A stretch of DNA of 64,000 bases, filler included, from Jimgerdemannia flammicorona (taxonomy: Eukaryota): NCBI GenBank assembly GCA_003990765.1. It is 3 parts of 3 records of this genome, joined end to end, with 100 filler letters (N's around TTAATTAATTAA, not from the genome) between each part and the next. Parts side by side here need not be neighbours in the genome. Positions count along the whole stretch, not along the records: positions 21,521 to 42,933 come from RBNJ01001459.1; positions 43,034 to 64,000 come from RBNJ01001555.1; 1 more part is not named here. One strand, written 5' to 3'. Position 1 is the first letter of the stretch, and the number at the start of each line of letters is the position of its first letter. Of this stretch, positions 39,640 through 52,235 are shown piece by piece. The notes beneath the pieces are model-generated. The model was given only the letters and a program-made list of their open reading frames with translations. It did no database searches and was not told the origin of the DNA. The translations under genes were made by a program, and so were the position numbers.

Positions 39640-41410
39640 TTATATAGTTCTGAAAGAGTTTTCTAGAAGTTCTAAATATTCTAAAAGATTATTTTCTTTA
39701 GGTCAAGATCAATTTTATATTGATTTTAAGATTAGATTAATATTTTAACTTTCTTTTCTTAGACTTGTTCTGAATATTCAGAATTTTTATTATTTCAGAA
39801 AGTTTAGGAAACTAAAATCAGTTTAGTTGAATTGATATATCACTGCAAATAATACCCAATTAGGAATTTCTTTTAGTACTTAAGAGTAGGACCTAATATA
39901 GTATAGATTTACTTAAGGGTAATTTGTAGATTATTAAATAGATTTATTTACTATTTATAATATTATCATTGATAAATACTAGAAATTATTCATATTCAGA
40001 TTGTCTGAGTTATCTGAGGTCTTAGAGAGGGGGTACTTATACTAATGAGAGACTATCTGAGCTAAACTCAATATAGATTTGGTACTTTAGTACTGATTAG
40101 TCAAAATATAATTATAGTATAAATTTTAAACTAATAATCTAGAGATCATCCAAATACTCAGCTCCTTTCTCTGCTACCTTACTGATCACAAGGTTTGGTA
40201 GGCAATCTTCTGAGTCCCCTTTCCCCTATTATTACCTCCTCTACCTTAGGTTGGTTTGCTGTGCCTGCATGGACATGGTGGAAGGAGGGCAATGGTGATG
40301 TGTTGCCTCTTTATCAGTGTCAGATTGATGCTTTCTCTACTTTTTCATGGATTCTGGTACCTTTGGCTGCATCTGGGGTATACTCATTTTGGTGCAGCAC
40401 CTTCTTCCTTTTGCCACTACTAACAAGAAGTTGTCTCAGTGTGTCATGGATTACATAGGGAGTTAGCTGACCTTGGGCATCAAGTGCCCAGTGTAGGTTA
40501 CCTGCAGGTCCTCAGTGTCTGTGGTGGGGCCCTCTGGCTTTGGCAAGCTTCCCAGCAAGCACAGTTCTGGCATAGGTGACAGTTTTTCAGGTATTGTCAG
40601 GATGGAAGGAGAGATGGCCATCATAGATAGGAGGATGGGCAATAATGGTGAACTAGTGGGGTATTAGGCTAGGGGTGGTCATCGGGGCTGGGGCAGACAA
40701 TATTTCAGTGGGGCCTTTCGATTAGCTAGTAGGGGGTAGGGTGGTGCAGGGGCCAGCATCTTGGCTGTACCCAACTGGAACTGGGAGCTGATGCGACAAT
40801 GCAATTGAGGCCTGCAGGCTTGGAGAGTGGGGCCTTCCTCATTTGGCAGTATCTAACTGAAACTGAGAGCTGATATGGTAATGTGATGGGTCTTTTCTGA
40901 CCCTAGCCTATGTGTAAGTCCTTTGTGGAAGGTTCTGTATATAAGTTCTTTACTCACCTGCTTTGAATCTGCTTTGCTCTCTGTTGGTTGGTTGGGGGGT
41001 TTTTTCTTTGCTTTGGGCTTTCTTTTGGGGTTCAGGGGGCTATTCTTTATTCAGTTCTGGTACTGCTAGATCTGATACATAGGTGTGCTCTTACATGTAA
41101 ACAATGATTCAGCCCTGGTGAGCAGACAAGTCTGGTCTATATCATGGGGATCAATGTAGCCAGTGTTTGACAGGCATAGCTAGAGCAGTGGAACTGCTAG
41201 ACAATTTAGTAGCCTAGGTTAATGGGAGATATTGTTTGGTGGATAGTGGGAGATATAGTACTAACTAATTTAACTATACTAATAACTGCTAAACTATTTA
41301 TAGATATATTCTATCTAGGTATTTATTGATAAGATTACTATTAATTATATATATCATTTCTGATAAAGTAATTATTAAAAAAGAGTAGTTTTTAAATTAT
41401 TTTTTTATAC
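39640..41410 (-). mobile_element. Decayed second copy of element D, with an internal ~1.1 kb GC-richer insertion (~40150-41260)
   Basis: 39640-40150 resembles 45443-46010; 41265-41410 resembles 46050-46200, with many C>T/G>A changes. Confidence 0.65.
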
Positions 41411-41863
41411 TGTCACGTAGTGGTCGCTGAGTCCTTCAAATACGCCAGATTCTCTTCAAGATGTATCTCTTAGACTAACTCAAGTTTGTTATAAGCAAGT
41501 TCTTATTGGAGTGCCTTCCCAAGGTCTTATAGTCCTCAAACTTCTTATCTTTAACTGTCTTGTTATCTCTTAGATTGCTTGCAAGGAAGTGTGTGTAAGT
41601 GAACTGAAACTGACTGACTTTATTTCAGAGGAAATAAGGGAGGTATTTTATACAAAATATAATTCAATGGTTGCTAAGATATAAAGCTAAATATAAATTC
41701 CAATAACTAAAACTACTGAGTTCCAGGGCTGGCATTATTTAGTACTACATCAAAATACCAGTGCTGGAACAATTTCGCATCACCTCAGAATACCGGTGCT
41801 GGCATTATCCAGTGTTACATGAGAATACTGGTGCTGGCATTATCCAGTGTAACAAAGAACTTT

Positions 41864-42682
41864 TTAGAGCAGAAAGTTCAGGACCATAGGGGCTTCATCA
41901 TCATCATCATCACTGAAGGAGATGAGATCCGCGAATTCATCATGCAGGTCACGCATCTCGCATACTTCGGGTATGTCGCGCGGAATGACGTCATCGCCGA
42001 TGACGTCATCACGTTCGGCGGGGAAATCGGGAACAAGATTTGGAGCTCTCCAATCTATGAGGTTCTCTTCCACAAAATAGGGGACAAATGTGGGGTCTTG
42101 GGGGGATCTAACTCGGATGCTTGGGCCTTGGAATACTGAGATCAATCCTTGCAGGAATTGGTCTGGGTTGTCCTGAAGGATGGAGTGCCAGAAGTCTTCT
42201 ACTTCTTCACTGTTGAGGGTGATAGTGGACTGGGCTTCTGTAGCCACCCTGGCTTCTAGTGCATTGATGCGGCGAGATGACAGGTCTCTGAAATCTGAGA
42301 CTCTAACATACTCCAGGTTGGGAATTGACCATGGTGCATGCCTGAAGATCTGATGAATCTTCTTAGCTGTTCTCGTTTCATGTATATCCATGGGAGTGGC
42401 ATCTTGTAGCTCTTGGGTGCTGGCCTGTGGGAACTCCCAGCAGAGGAGGTTTCCTATTTTGTACTCCTGCCACATTTGGAGGCATTCGGTGGTGATGGTG
42501 ATCCTTGTTTCCATTTCACAGCGGTAGAGGATGAAGTAATAGGGGTCTGCAGTACCTAGGTGGATACTAGGAGTCCTTCTTGAGTGGGTCTCCATGGCTC
42601 TTCTGATGTCTTGAAACATCCTTTCCTCAACCGAGATACCTTGATGATTCCTTGACCTTGAGGTTTGGCGGGCAGCAGGCAT
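41864..42682 (-). CDS. Intact 272 aa LTR-encoded accessory protein of unknown function
   Basis: Open ATG-to-stop frame entirely within the LTR; homologs in five other A LTRs, in C and in D; acidic C-terminus. Confidence 0.8.
   Translation of the reverse strand: MPAARQTSRSRNHQGISVEERMFQDIRRAMETHSRRTPSIHLGTADPYYFILYRCEMETRITITTECLQMWQEYKIGNLLCWEFPQASTQELQDATPMDIHETRTAKKIHQIFRHAPWSIPNLEYVRVSDFRDLSSRRINALEARVATEAQSTITLNSEEVEDFWHSILQDNPDQFLQGLISVFQGPSIRVRSPQDPTFVPYFVEENLIDWRAPNLVPDFPAERDDVIGDDVIPRDIPEVCEMRDLHDEFADLISFSDDDDDEAPMVLNFLL
41985..42010. promoter_or_regulatory. Two tandem TGACGTCA (CRE-type) palindromes
   Basis: ATGACGTCAT at 41985-41994 and GATGACGTCATC at 41999-42010, in a local CpG-rich patch. 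Confidence 0.55.
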
Positions 42683-42933
42683 TTTGTTTGTGGTAAGTCT
42701 TTGAGCTATTTTGGGATTGGGGTTCTTGTTGGCTGCTACTACTGCAGTTCCTTGATCCTTCTTTTATATTCTTCAGGATGCTTGTGCTGTGGTCACAATG
42801 ACTCACAGTTGGTCATCGTTGCTCATCTCGCATGCCGTATGATCTTCTTGTACTCTGATCTGGTGGCTTGTAAAGAAAGGCTGTCTCTTGTGCTGATGTC
42901 ATCATTCTGGGGTCACCGTTACATCTTCCTCCT

Positions 42934-43033
42934 NNNNNNNNNNNNNNNNNNNNNNNNNNNNNNNNNNNNNNNNNNNNTTAATTAATTAANNNNNNNNNNN
43001 NNNNNNNNNNNNNNNNNNNNNNNNNNNNNNNNN
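42934..43033. other. Assembly gap with TTAATTAATTAA linker
   Basis: N-run. Confidence 0.95.
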
Positions 43034-45340
43034 CCCCCACTACTCCCTCCTCCTATCCCTTCTTGATAAAAGACTACTTTGTCAACCACCATCGCTACCT
43101 GCCCACCACTCTGTTTACAGATCTCTTTCACCAGATGGTGACATTGCCCACCCTGGAGACTCCAACCAATCTACCACCCAGTCAGTAGATCTTCCACCAA
43201 AGTCTCCCACCTCAACAACTTCTCCTGTATCCCTATTTGTTGCCCTTCCTCAAAAACAAAGAGCTAATGCCCAGCCAAACCAACCCACACTGCTACAATC
43301 CACCCTACCATAAGCCACCCATTGCTGACACCTCCCACCAGTCTAGATCTCAAATCCTCCCAGCAACCTCTCTCACCATCTGGCCTCCTTCCTACACCCA
43401 GCTGGTCCTCTATAGCTATCCAAAAGTCTCCCAATATCTCACATTCTCCCAGCCAATGTTCTAGCATCTGCACAACTCCCCCAGCATGCCCTACATTATA
43501 ACACTCCTCACAATCCAGTCAGCTACCAACTACCAGATACTCTGTACAGAAATTCAACATAACATTTCTCTATAGCATTCACCACCAAACTATCCAGAAC
43601 TTGAGAGGAAGCCATCTCTGCATCTCAGCACTCCAGGACCAGATTCCTGCCCAGTCCCACTCCTCACCAATCCCCACTATCTGCCAGCTCTTCAGCCAAA
43701 GATCCTGGCCAAGTCCCTGCTGATACTCCACTCCATTGCCAATATCAAACTCAGCAAGCAGCATCCCCCCTAGAAGCAGTCAGTCCCATTGCCACATAGC
43801 AGGCTCCACACCACCTCTCCCTCATTGCCATACCAGCACAAGCCTATTTGGTGTGCTCCATTCACCACTCTCTATCAGAAGCCCTTATACCTCATCCAGC
43901 AGCTTCCATTCAGACTCACCAAAGAGAGCAAATCACCTGAGGACTCTTGAGGGGAGACTCTCATCTCCCACACCTTTTGCATCAGTAGTACCCAACCTCC
44001 TCCCTGCAGCTCCACTGTCCTTCTCAACCACCAGGCTTGCAGACAGTATAGCTGCTTAGGAAAATCTATCAGACCTAGGCCTCTCTTAATCCTCTGCTCC
44101 ACAAGGATATCCCAACTGATCTGGGACCTTCTTCTTGTCCAAATCCAATACCTAACCAGTTTCATCAGCCTCTTCACCACCCAGACTAAAAAGTCTAAGT
44201 GATACACCACATACCATAGCTTGGGGAACCAGTAAACATTCAAGATTGATACCCTCCCTATCAGAGAGATGTGACAACCTCCCTAACCTCTAAGAGCCTC
44301 CCCCCAAACAGCTACCCTTCTCTCCCACTATACCCATGGTAAGACTGACCTATATACAGAAAGAAAGATACCAAGATACTACACTATCTCTCCTGTGGGG
44401 ATAATTGTTCCAATGATATCTCCTCCCACTAGCCCATTTCCCAACACTATTGTCTCACACTTATACTAGTTGAGTTTTGCTCCAGAGTGCATCTCATACC
44501 ATTCCACTGTTTCCTTAAGTGCCTCCACATCCACCACTGATCCAAGTCCAACTACTATATCATCTGCAAAGGCCCCCACCTTCTTCTGGATCCTATCCAT
44601 CAAAGGTTCCAGTGAAAGTGCATAAAGAATAGGGGACAGCGGGTCTCCCTGGGGAACTTCTCTTCTTAAGGGAAATGCCAAACCTCTATAACTATTGCAC
44701 ATTAGTACTGCCCTACTGCTCTCCAACAACTTCAACATAGAAGCCCTAAACTGTTGTGGAACACCAATTCTATCCAGCACCTTGCCTAACCATACCTACT
44801 GAACATGGTCATAGGCCTTCTCCTGGTTCAGAAATATCAGTCTACCATCCAGTTTGCAAGCCTAGGCCCCTTCTATAATGCCATGCACCCAGGTAGTCCT
44901 ATCTCTGATAAGTCTTCCTCCTACAAAGCCCTGCTGTTCCTCACTCAGTACCTATTGAGCAACCTTCTGTAGCCTTGCAACAATCACCTTAGTCACTAAC
45001 TTCCTATTCATATCCAGAAGCATGATTGGCCTCCAGTTCTTCCAGTTCTCTTGTCCACTCTTGTCTTTATACAATAAGGCCACCAGCCCCAGGTCTTGCT
45101 TACCAACCCACTCGTCATTCAGAAGAACATAGTCACAGAGGGCAGCCATCTCTCCTAACACTTCAGGAACCTTTGTCATCTTCTTCCAGAAGTCCCAAGG
45201 TAATTCATCCTCCTCAGGTACCATCTCAATCTTAGTTGCTGCAAGGACCCCCTGGACCTCCTCCTCTTGGACTGGTAAGATCAGGTCACTCAGTCTCTCT
45301 ACCTATGGTGGCTCTCACTCTTCCAGAGCATCACTAATTG

Positions 45341-47478
45341 TGTAAGTGCACAACCTCCAAGCTACTGAAATCACATGTTACCCTCTGAACAAACCACCCA
45401 CTACTTCCAAGTTGTAAGAGGGTTGCTTTTTAGGATAACCATTATGTAGTTCTAGAAGGGTTTTCTGGAAGTTCAGGATGTTCTGGAAGACCATTTTCTT
45501 ATGGTCAAGATCAATTTCATATGGAGTACATTCTCTATGCTTATTGATTTCAAGATTAGGTTGATATTTCAACCAAAGTCCTTTTTTAGACTAGTTCTGG
45601 ATGTTCAGGATTTTTCATATTTCAGAAAGTTTAAGAAACTAAGATCAGCTTAGTTGAATTGGCATATTGCTGCAGACAATACCCAATTAGGAAATTTCGT
45701 GATAGAGTTAGGAGTGGGATCTAACAGGGAGTGGATTTACTTAAGAGTGGTTTGTGGGTTATTAAATAGGTTTATTCGCTATTCATGATATTACTATACT
45801 AAAAGTAGTTGTATGAAGAGATATTGTGGGGAAGTGTTCAGGAATGTTCTTATATATTCGAGTCTGAGATTCTGAGGTCTGGGGGAGGAGGTATTTATAC
45901 TAGTAAGGGGCTATCTGGACTATGCTAAATATGGATATAGTACTAAGTGCCTTGCTGAGTCGGAATACAGTCACGTAGTACAAGTGTGATCTGATATATC
46001 AAGAGATTGTCTGACTGCTGAGTCAGTTCACAGTCATATTATACAAGGCTAATCTAACTATACTATGACTGCTAAGCTATTTATAGGTTTAGATACTGTC
46101 TAGGTAGTCTTCAATGATATGTATCACCATCTATGACATCATCTCTGATGAAGTAGTCATCCAGGAAGAGTGGTTTGTGGATTACTTCTCCTTGTTCACT
46201 GAGGTAATAATACATTGGGACATCATCACCATCCTACAGGATAGCATCATCTGTCTCATATGCTGGATAAGGTGTTGGTGGGTGAAAGAGGGGTGCATTG
46301 TCTTCACTTTCATCAAATTCACTGTCTGTGTATCTTCTATAGATTACAGTACTATGAGTCACAGGATTGTAGTAAGCTGGTGGCTGTGGTTCATATCACT
46401 CATACTCAGGTGGTGGAGTGGTTGGTTTGATCTCAAGAGTTATCTGGAGGTATAGGTTATGTTCTCTGGTCTCTTCATTATAGTTGAAGTAATTAGAAGT
46501 AAATGTGGGTTGGTATTTATGCCAGTGGTCATTGTCCCAATAGGTTTCATATATAGTTATGAACTATTGTAAGTTCATTGGCAAGATTGGTGGTGTGATC
46601 AGAGTTGGTAGAGATCCTTGGCTAGAGGTCATGTTGGCATCAGAGAGATCATTGTCTTCTGCTTCATCTTTGTCGAAGTAGATTATATCATAGACATCTT
46701 TCATAGTATATCCAACTTGAGGCATTTGTAGGATATGATCATTGGGATGTAGGAAGGTTCTGTCTGTGGTCTCGACATATTCAAGGTACTTGTGGTTAAG
46801 TTCTTGTATCATGTCATCAATTTGGCCATAGGATAGAGTAGCAACCATTTCACTGGTAGTGACATGGAGGTGGGGAATAAGGGTGCTATACTCATAAAAG
46901 AGTTCTCTGTGTTTGCAGATGATGAGCTTTTAGTATTGAAACATCTGGATAATGTCTGTATTATGGTGGTGTTTGACTATATCTTCTAGGAGGTGGCTGA
47001 TCTGGTAGTAGCTTGAGATTTGTCCAATCCAGTGGGCCTCATTAAGCATGTTCAGGGTGTTCCATCAGGCTTCCATGAAGTAGAGAGGTACTAGACTATG
47101 GATATTCATGAGGGGCAGAGGGGGTGTGACTTGGTTGACAATGGCATTCCAAATGTCAGCATGGATACAGTTGTAGATCTCAGTGGTCATGTTTGTGTGT
47201 TTGGAAGTTGTGGTTGTTATTTGTTTTGGTTCTCTGTTTTGATGTATCTCAGTGCTCAGTATATATGCATTTGGTCCTGATTGGTAAGATTCTGTTTGTA
47301 TGAATCTTGTGTTCTGTGACTTCATATTGACTCAGCTTTGTGTACTGTAACTTCAGTTTGACTCAGCTTCATGATCATGCAGGTGATTTCTAGATTTATT
47401 CAGAGGTCATGTGTGATTTCGGTGGCTTGTTTGGAGGATGACATGTGATTTCAGTGGCTTGGAGGTTGTGCACTTACA
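45341..47478 (-). mobile_element. Element D: 2138 bp, ~58 bp terminal inverted repeats, 5 bp TSD AATTG (solo LTR or non-autonomous TIR element)
   Basis: Left end TGTAAGTGCACAACCTCCAAGCTACTGAAATCACATG; right end is its near-perfect reverse complement; AATTG at 45336-45340 and 47479-47483. Confidence 0.88.
46111..47190 (-). pseudogene. Distant homolog of the accessory ORF inside D
   Basis: 47065-47325 and 46564-46848 share a frame bridged by two stops; a frameshifted acidic tail runs to 46111; ungapped motif blocks align with the A and C ORFs. Confidence 0.6.
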
Positions 47479-50400
47479 AATTGCCTCTCTCTCCACACTC
47501 TCTTCTCCCTCACTCCACAGATCCTACCAACTCTCCTTCAATACCCCCAAGATCTGTTGCATACTATATACCATATTCCCTTTAGTATCCAAGACTCCAT
47601 CCCACCTATGTCACACCCTTCTAGCTTTGAGGAGTCTAGACAAGTACCTAGTAGGTCACTCCCCCTCCTCTAGCTCCTGCCACTATAACCTGGTAGCCAT
47701 CTCTTGCATATGAGTCTCTTCCTCCTTCCTCAACACCTGTTGCAATTCCACTACCTCCAATTTTGCCCACTCTAACCTCCAATCATCCATCTCCACAGAA
47801 GAAAGCAAGTCCACCCATTCCATCTGCAATCTCATCAGCCTATTTAAAGTACACCATATGTGCTTCCTCCTCTGTCTCTCAGCCTCTCTACCAGCTCTAC
47901 CCCAATAAACCCTTGCAGCCTCCTTCAACCTCATCCACCAGACACCGACAGACAAACCCTCATGCCTCTAGATAGGAACCTTCACCTGTACATCCTCCAC
48001 CCATGAGTCTCACAACCCCTTCTTAGCCAGCAGAGAGGAGTTAAGGTACCAATGTCTGGGTCTATCTCCACTTCCCCCAAACTGCCCCTGCCCTAATAGT
48101 CCCCAGTGATCAGACCATGGGCACCACTCCACCTCCAAAGACTTCCAAACATCAGTACCCCAATATTCAGCTGTCAGTATCCAGTCAATCCTTGTGCTGT
48201 TGCCCCACCATGTCCTGCCCATATCTCCTAAGGAGCTAAGATTCTCTACCTCCTCCCATACCTCCAGGCCACCACTCCTCTCACCTGCATTTTTTCTGCC
48301 ATCAGTTCTATCTAGATGCAGATCCCAAACCATATTAAAATCCCCACCCAGAATATTGACTCCTTCCTCTAAGAGAATACTCTCCTCCAGTAGCTCCCCA
48401 ATCTATACAATCCTCTCACCCCTAACTATAAGGCAGTAATAGGAGCCAACCCACACCAATTCCTACTCTGGCTGAATCCAATCTTCCCAGACCAATCTAT
48501 TACCCCAGTTCCTGATTCCCCTCAGGTCTCCTCTACTCTTCTTCACCAGAATTGCCACTTTGCCAAACCAAGCAGTAGCCCCACCCCATTCTCTAGTCCA
48601 CTCCACCCAATCATCCTCATCCTCACACTGTACATCCTGTAGTAAGAAGAGATCAGCCTCCAATCCCTTGAGCAAAGTGAAAATATTCTTATACATACTA
48701 CCCAGAACCCCTTAACCTATTCACATTTAAAGAGAAAATGTTGGTTGTACTGTTCATAGGAAATAATGTTTGATATCACTCACACTCTCTACAAATCCAC
48801 ATTCAACTTCTCCTGTACCAAGTCCAGGTCTCATTCAGTCACTAGTTCATTCTTCTCAGCTTCCTGTGCCTCCAACCCTCCCAGAAGTTCAGCCATTGCC
48901 CTATTCTCTCTCTCCTCAAAGTCCTCATGATACTCCAGACAGACCTCCTGCCAGAGCTACAAACCATAATGCTCTGCCCAACAGTAGGCAGCTCTCTCAC
49001 CTTATCAACCTCATATCCCTCCTCTTCCATGAAAATCACCAGAATCTCTACCTTCAGTGCCTCCACCACCCCATTACTATGCAGAATCCATGCCCAATAC
49101 TCCTCAGACAATACACACAGATCCACTTCTCCCAACTCCTCAGCTGTGAGATTATCCATCACCTTACTCATCCACAGCAGGTTCCTCACCTCCTTCCCTC
49201 CTGGAGTTCCTGGCCACCCTGCATCCAACATTGTGGTATCAGCTCCCATACTGGCAGCCTCATCCCACTCCTCCTCAGAGACATCCACCAGCTCATCCTC
49301 ACCAACTGCCACTACCTGGCCCCCTTTTACTACATTGGGGACCCCAAAGTGCACTTACTGAGCTCTCTGCATCAGTACATCCTCTGTTGGCCCTCTCTTC
49401 ACAGCCAGGCCCCTCCTGATAAGAGGGGGGGAAGTGGCCTCCAACTCCTGCTCCCAGACTTTGAACATACTGTCCATATAGGGGTCCTTGCTTGGCACCT
49501 TCCCAGCTCCTTCCTTGTCTGCCTCCACCTCCCCTTCACCTTTACTAGCCCAGACACTGGCTTCAATGCTCCCAGATATGTCAGCCCCATCTACCTTCTT
49601 TTTTGCCCCTTCTTTCATACTTACCAATAACTCCCTCTGCCTCCTGCACCCCTGGGCCTGCTCTCACTGCCACTTGTTAGTGCAAATACACTTCCCATCC
49701 ACAATCTTCAGATGTGTTGCCTCCTCAAACACTCACCAGGCCTTTGCCCTCCTCTCAACCACACCACTCAGCTCCTCCAGAGCCTCCAACAAGTCCTCCT
49801 CCTCCTCATCACTCTCTTTCACCCTCGACACCTTACAGACAAAAACCCCCCACATTAGTACTGAGGGCCAGTTACTTGCCTTCCTGGTGGCCTCCTTTCC
49901 CACCAGCTGAATCCTGACATCAATGTCACCTATCCTGAATATAGTCCTCTCCCACATCTGGAAGCCAATATCCACCATATCACTATACTCTACCATCACC
50001 TCCTCCATTCTTCTCCTAGTCTCCTCCTTCATCACCATCAGCACCCCCTTTACTAGAAGCTGCACCACCCTGGGGTCCCACCTCAAGTACCACACCATAG
50101 GGACCACTACTTCCCCAACCACTATTCCAGCCTTCAGGGCCTTGTCCAGTGGGCCTGCCTCCTCAAAGCCCACCTCAACTCCCTCCAGACTCTTCAGGAA
50201 CTTTACCAAGACTGCCCCAGCCACCTGCTTTAAAATCAGCCCCAAGACCATCCTCACCATCACTGCTAAGCCTTGAAAGCACAGGGTAGCCACAAACTCC
50301 AAGATTGATTTCTTGAGTAATGGGGCCACTGCCAGCCCCATTACACCATCCGCCAGATCCCCCTTCCGCATTGGGACCCCCTGCCTCACCTGGCCATCAG

Positions 50401-51924
50401 CCAGCACATCTCTTTTTTTTTTCTGATCCCTCATTACACTCCCATCAACAGTTACACCCCCAGCCACAGCCCCTCCTGCCCCTATGCTCCTATCTCCTCC
50501 CTGAGGGCCACTCCTCCTCCTGACACTAGCCTTGCTCTTCCCCTCAGCAGTGCCAGCCCTGATTCCAGCAGGCCATCTACCTGTCTTCACCTTATCAGCA
50601 AAGCTGGAGGGACCAGGCCTACCCCCAGATCCACCAGACACTGGTCCTTCTCTAGAGCCTTTGCCACCCTTTGACCCTCCAAAAGCCCCCATCTCCAATC
50701 CATACCCTCTCCCCACATGCTGCCAGCTAAAAGCCTCAGGTCCATCTGACCCAGCATACTCATCAGAACTCTTGCTCGATGACATATTTATAATACCTTT
50801 CCTCTGAGTTGTGTTGAAAAACTGTTGCTTGAGATTGGTGTAATGTGAATTGTACCAGAGAAAGGTGATAATATAGTTATCTCTGTATGGAGGTCTTGGT
50901 CATTAGATAAATCTAGTTTTGAGGATTTGAAGGAGATATATAGTATATTGATAAAGGTATTATATAATTGTGGATTGGGGAACAGTTCTGTGATGATGAA
51001 AGCTTATCTTAACTCTTTGGAAAATTCTTCAGAAAGATCCTTAAGTTCACTTACTATCTCTTCTTTAACAGCAATTAAATATTCTCTCAGTATTATTTGA
51101 TAAATAGATTCTGAGTAAGTCTGTTGTTCATTTATATCTAATAGCAGAATTCTAAGATAAGGGGACATATGCTGTAGAATTAGATAAAGGGGTAAAGGAG
51201 ATATACTCTACTTACTTTACTTTAATAGGGGTTGGAGTAACTTCTGGAAATGTATTAGACTGCTTAAGCAAAGCAATGGGCAAATATATATTTAATGCTA
51301 TCAGCATTTATTCAGTATCATTATTCTATCAAATAGTTGATATATAATATATTATATGTATATTCATCTATCTGATCTATGGTAATAAGTGAAAATATAG
51401 ACTGGCCAAAAGTTTATTAATATATTTATTCTTGTATCTGATCTATAGCTTGTTAATGTTATTCATACATCTGTTCCATGAGCCATAAGCAATGAAGCTG
51501 CAGCCAAAAGCTTATTTAATATATAGATATATATTTATATATATTATAGATTGGGCTTTAGTCAAGAGATAATACCAAAAGCTTAGTATATCTATATTAA
51601 TCAGTCTTGTTAATCAGTTTAAAAAAAAAAGATATATATTCATCATTTTTCTATTATTTTAAAAAGAAAGAAAGATATAATTTAATTTAATATATATTTG
51701 TGCAGCTCACCCTTGTGCTATAAGCAAAAATAAAATATAAAGGAGACTATGAATGTCTATGTTACTCTTCTATTTATCTGCTATAATCACTAAAAATTTG
51801 TATAAAGTGGCCAGACTATCAGTTGGATCTTTCAATAATGAATTTGATAGTAAAGAGTGTAAGAGCATCAGCAAGAAGGACAAGGATATCAGCAATGATA
51901 TGGTGGATTATACCAAAAAACTAG

Positions 51925-52235
51925 CAGTCCAATCCAGCAAGAGTGGCATTAGCTAACTCAGTAAGAGTAGTATCAGTTAATCTAGTAAGAGCAGTATTAG
52001 CTAACCTAGTAAGAGTAGTATTGATCAACTCAGTAAGAGCAGCATCAGCTAATCCAGCAAGAGCAACATTGGCCAACCCAGCAAGAGTGATATCAGTCAA
52101 CCCAACAAGAGTGGTATCAGTCAACCAGTCAGCCAACTCAGCAAAAGCAGCATCAGCAAACTCAGCAGAAGTGACATTGATGAACTCAGCAGGAGTGGCA
52201 TCAGTAAACCCAGCAGGAGTAGTATTGGTCAGATC
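51925..52235 (+). repeat. 24 bp tandem repeat (~12 units) in a decayed ORF
   Basis: GCATCAGCTAATCCAGCAAGAGCA-like unit; 8 aa periodicity in the ORF track. Confidence 0.8.

Larger units (their letters stand above)
41411..42933 (-). mobile_element. 3' LTR (41411-42923) plus PPT of a third, least-decayed family A copy; body lost in the gap
   Basis: TG..CA ends; AGGAGGAAGA PPT adjoining the N-run; more CpGs retained than in other copies. Confidence 0.9.
43034..50850 (-). mobile_element. L1/Tx1-like LINE, near full length, interrupted by element D
   Basis: ORF1 49733-50785; APE fragments 48010-48696; RT QGDPLSPILYALSLEPL/FADD in 44466-44780. Confidence 0.9.

Noticed and set aside
41864..42682. 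Accessory ORF as env
   Set aside because: No evident signal peptide, transmembrane anchor or fusion-protein organisation.
41411..42923. Solo LTR
   Set aside because: Followed directly by the PPT and then the gap, so it is the 3' LTR of a truncated assembly.
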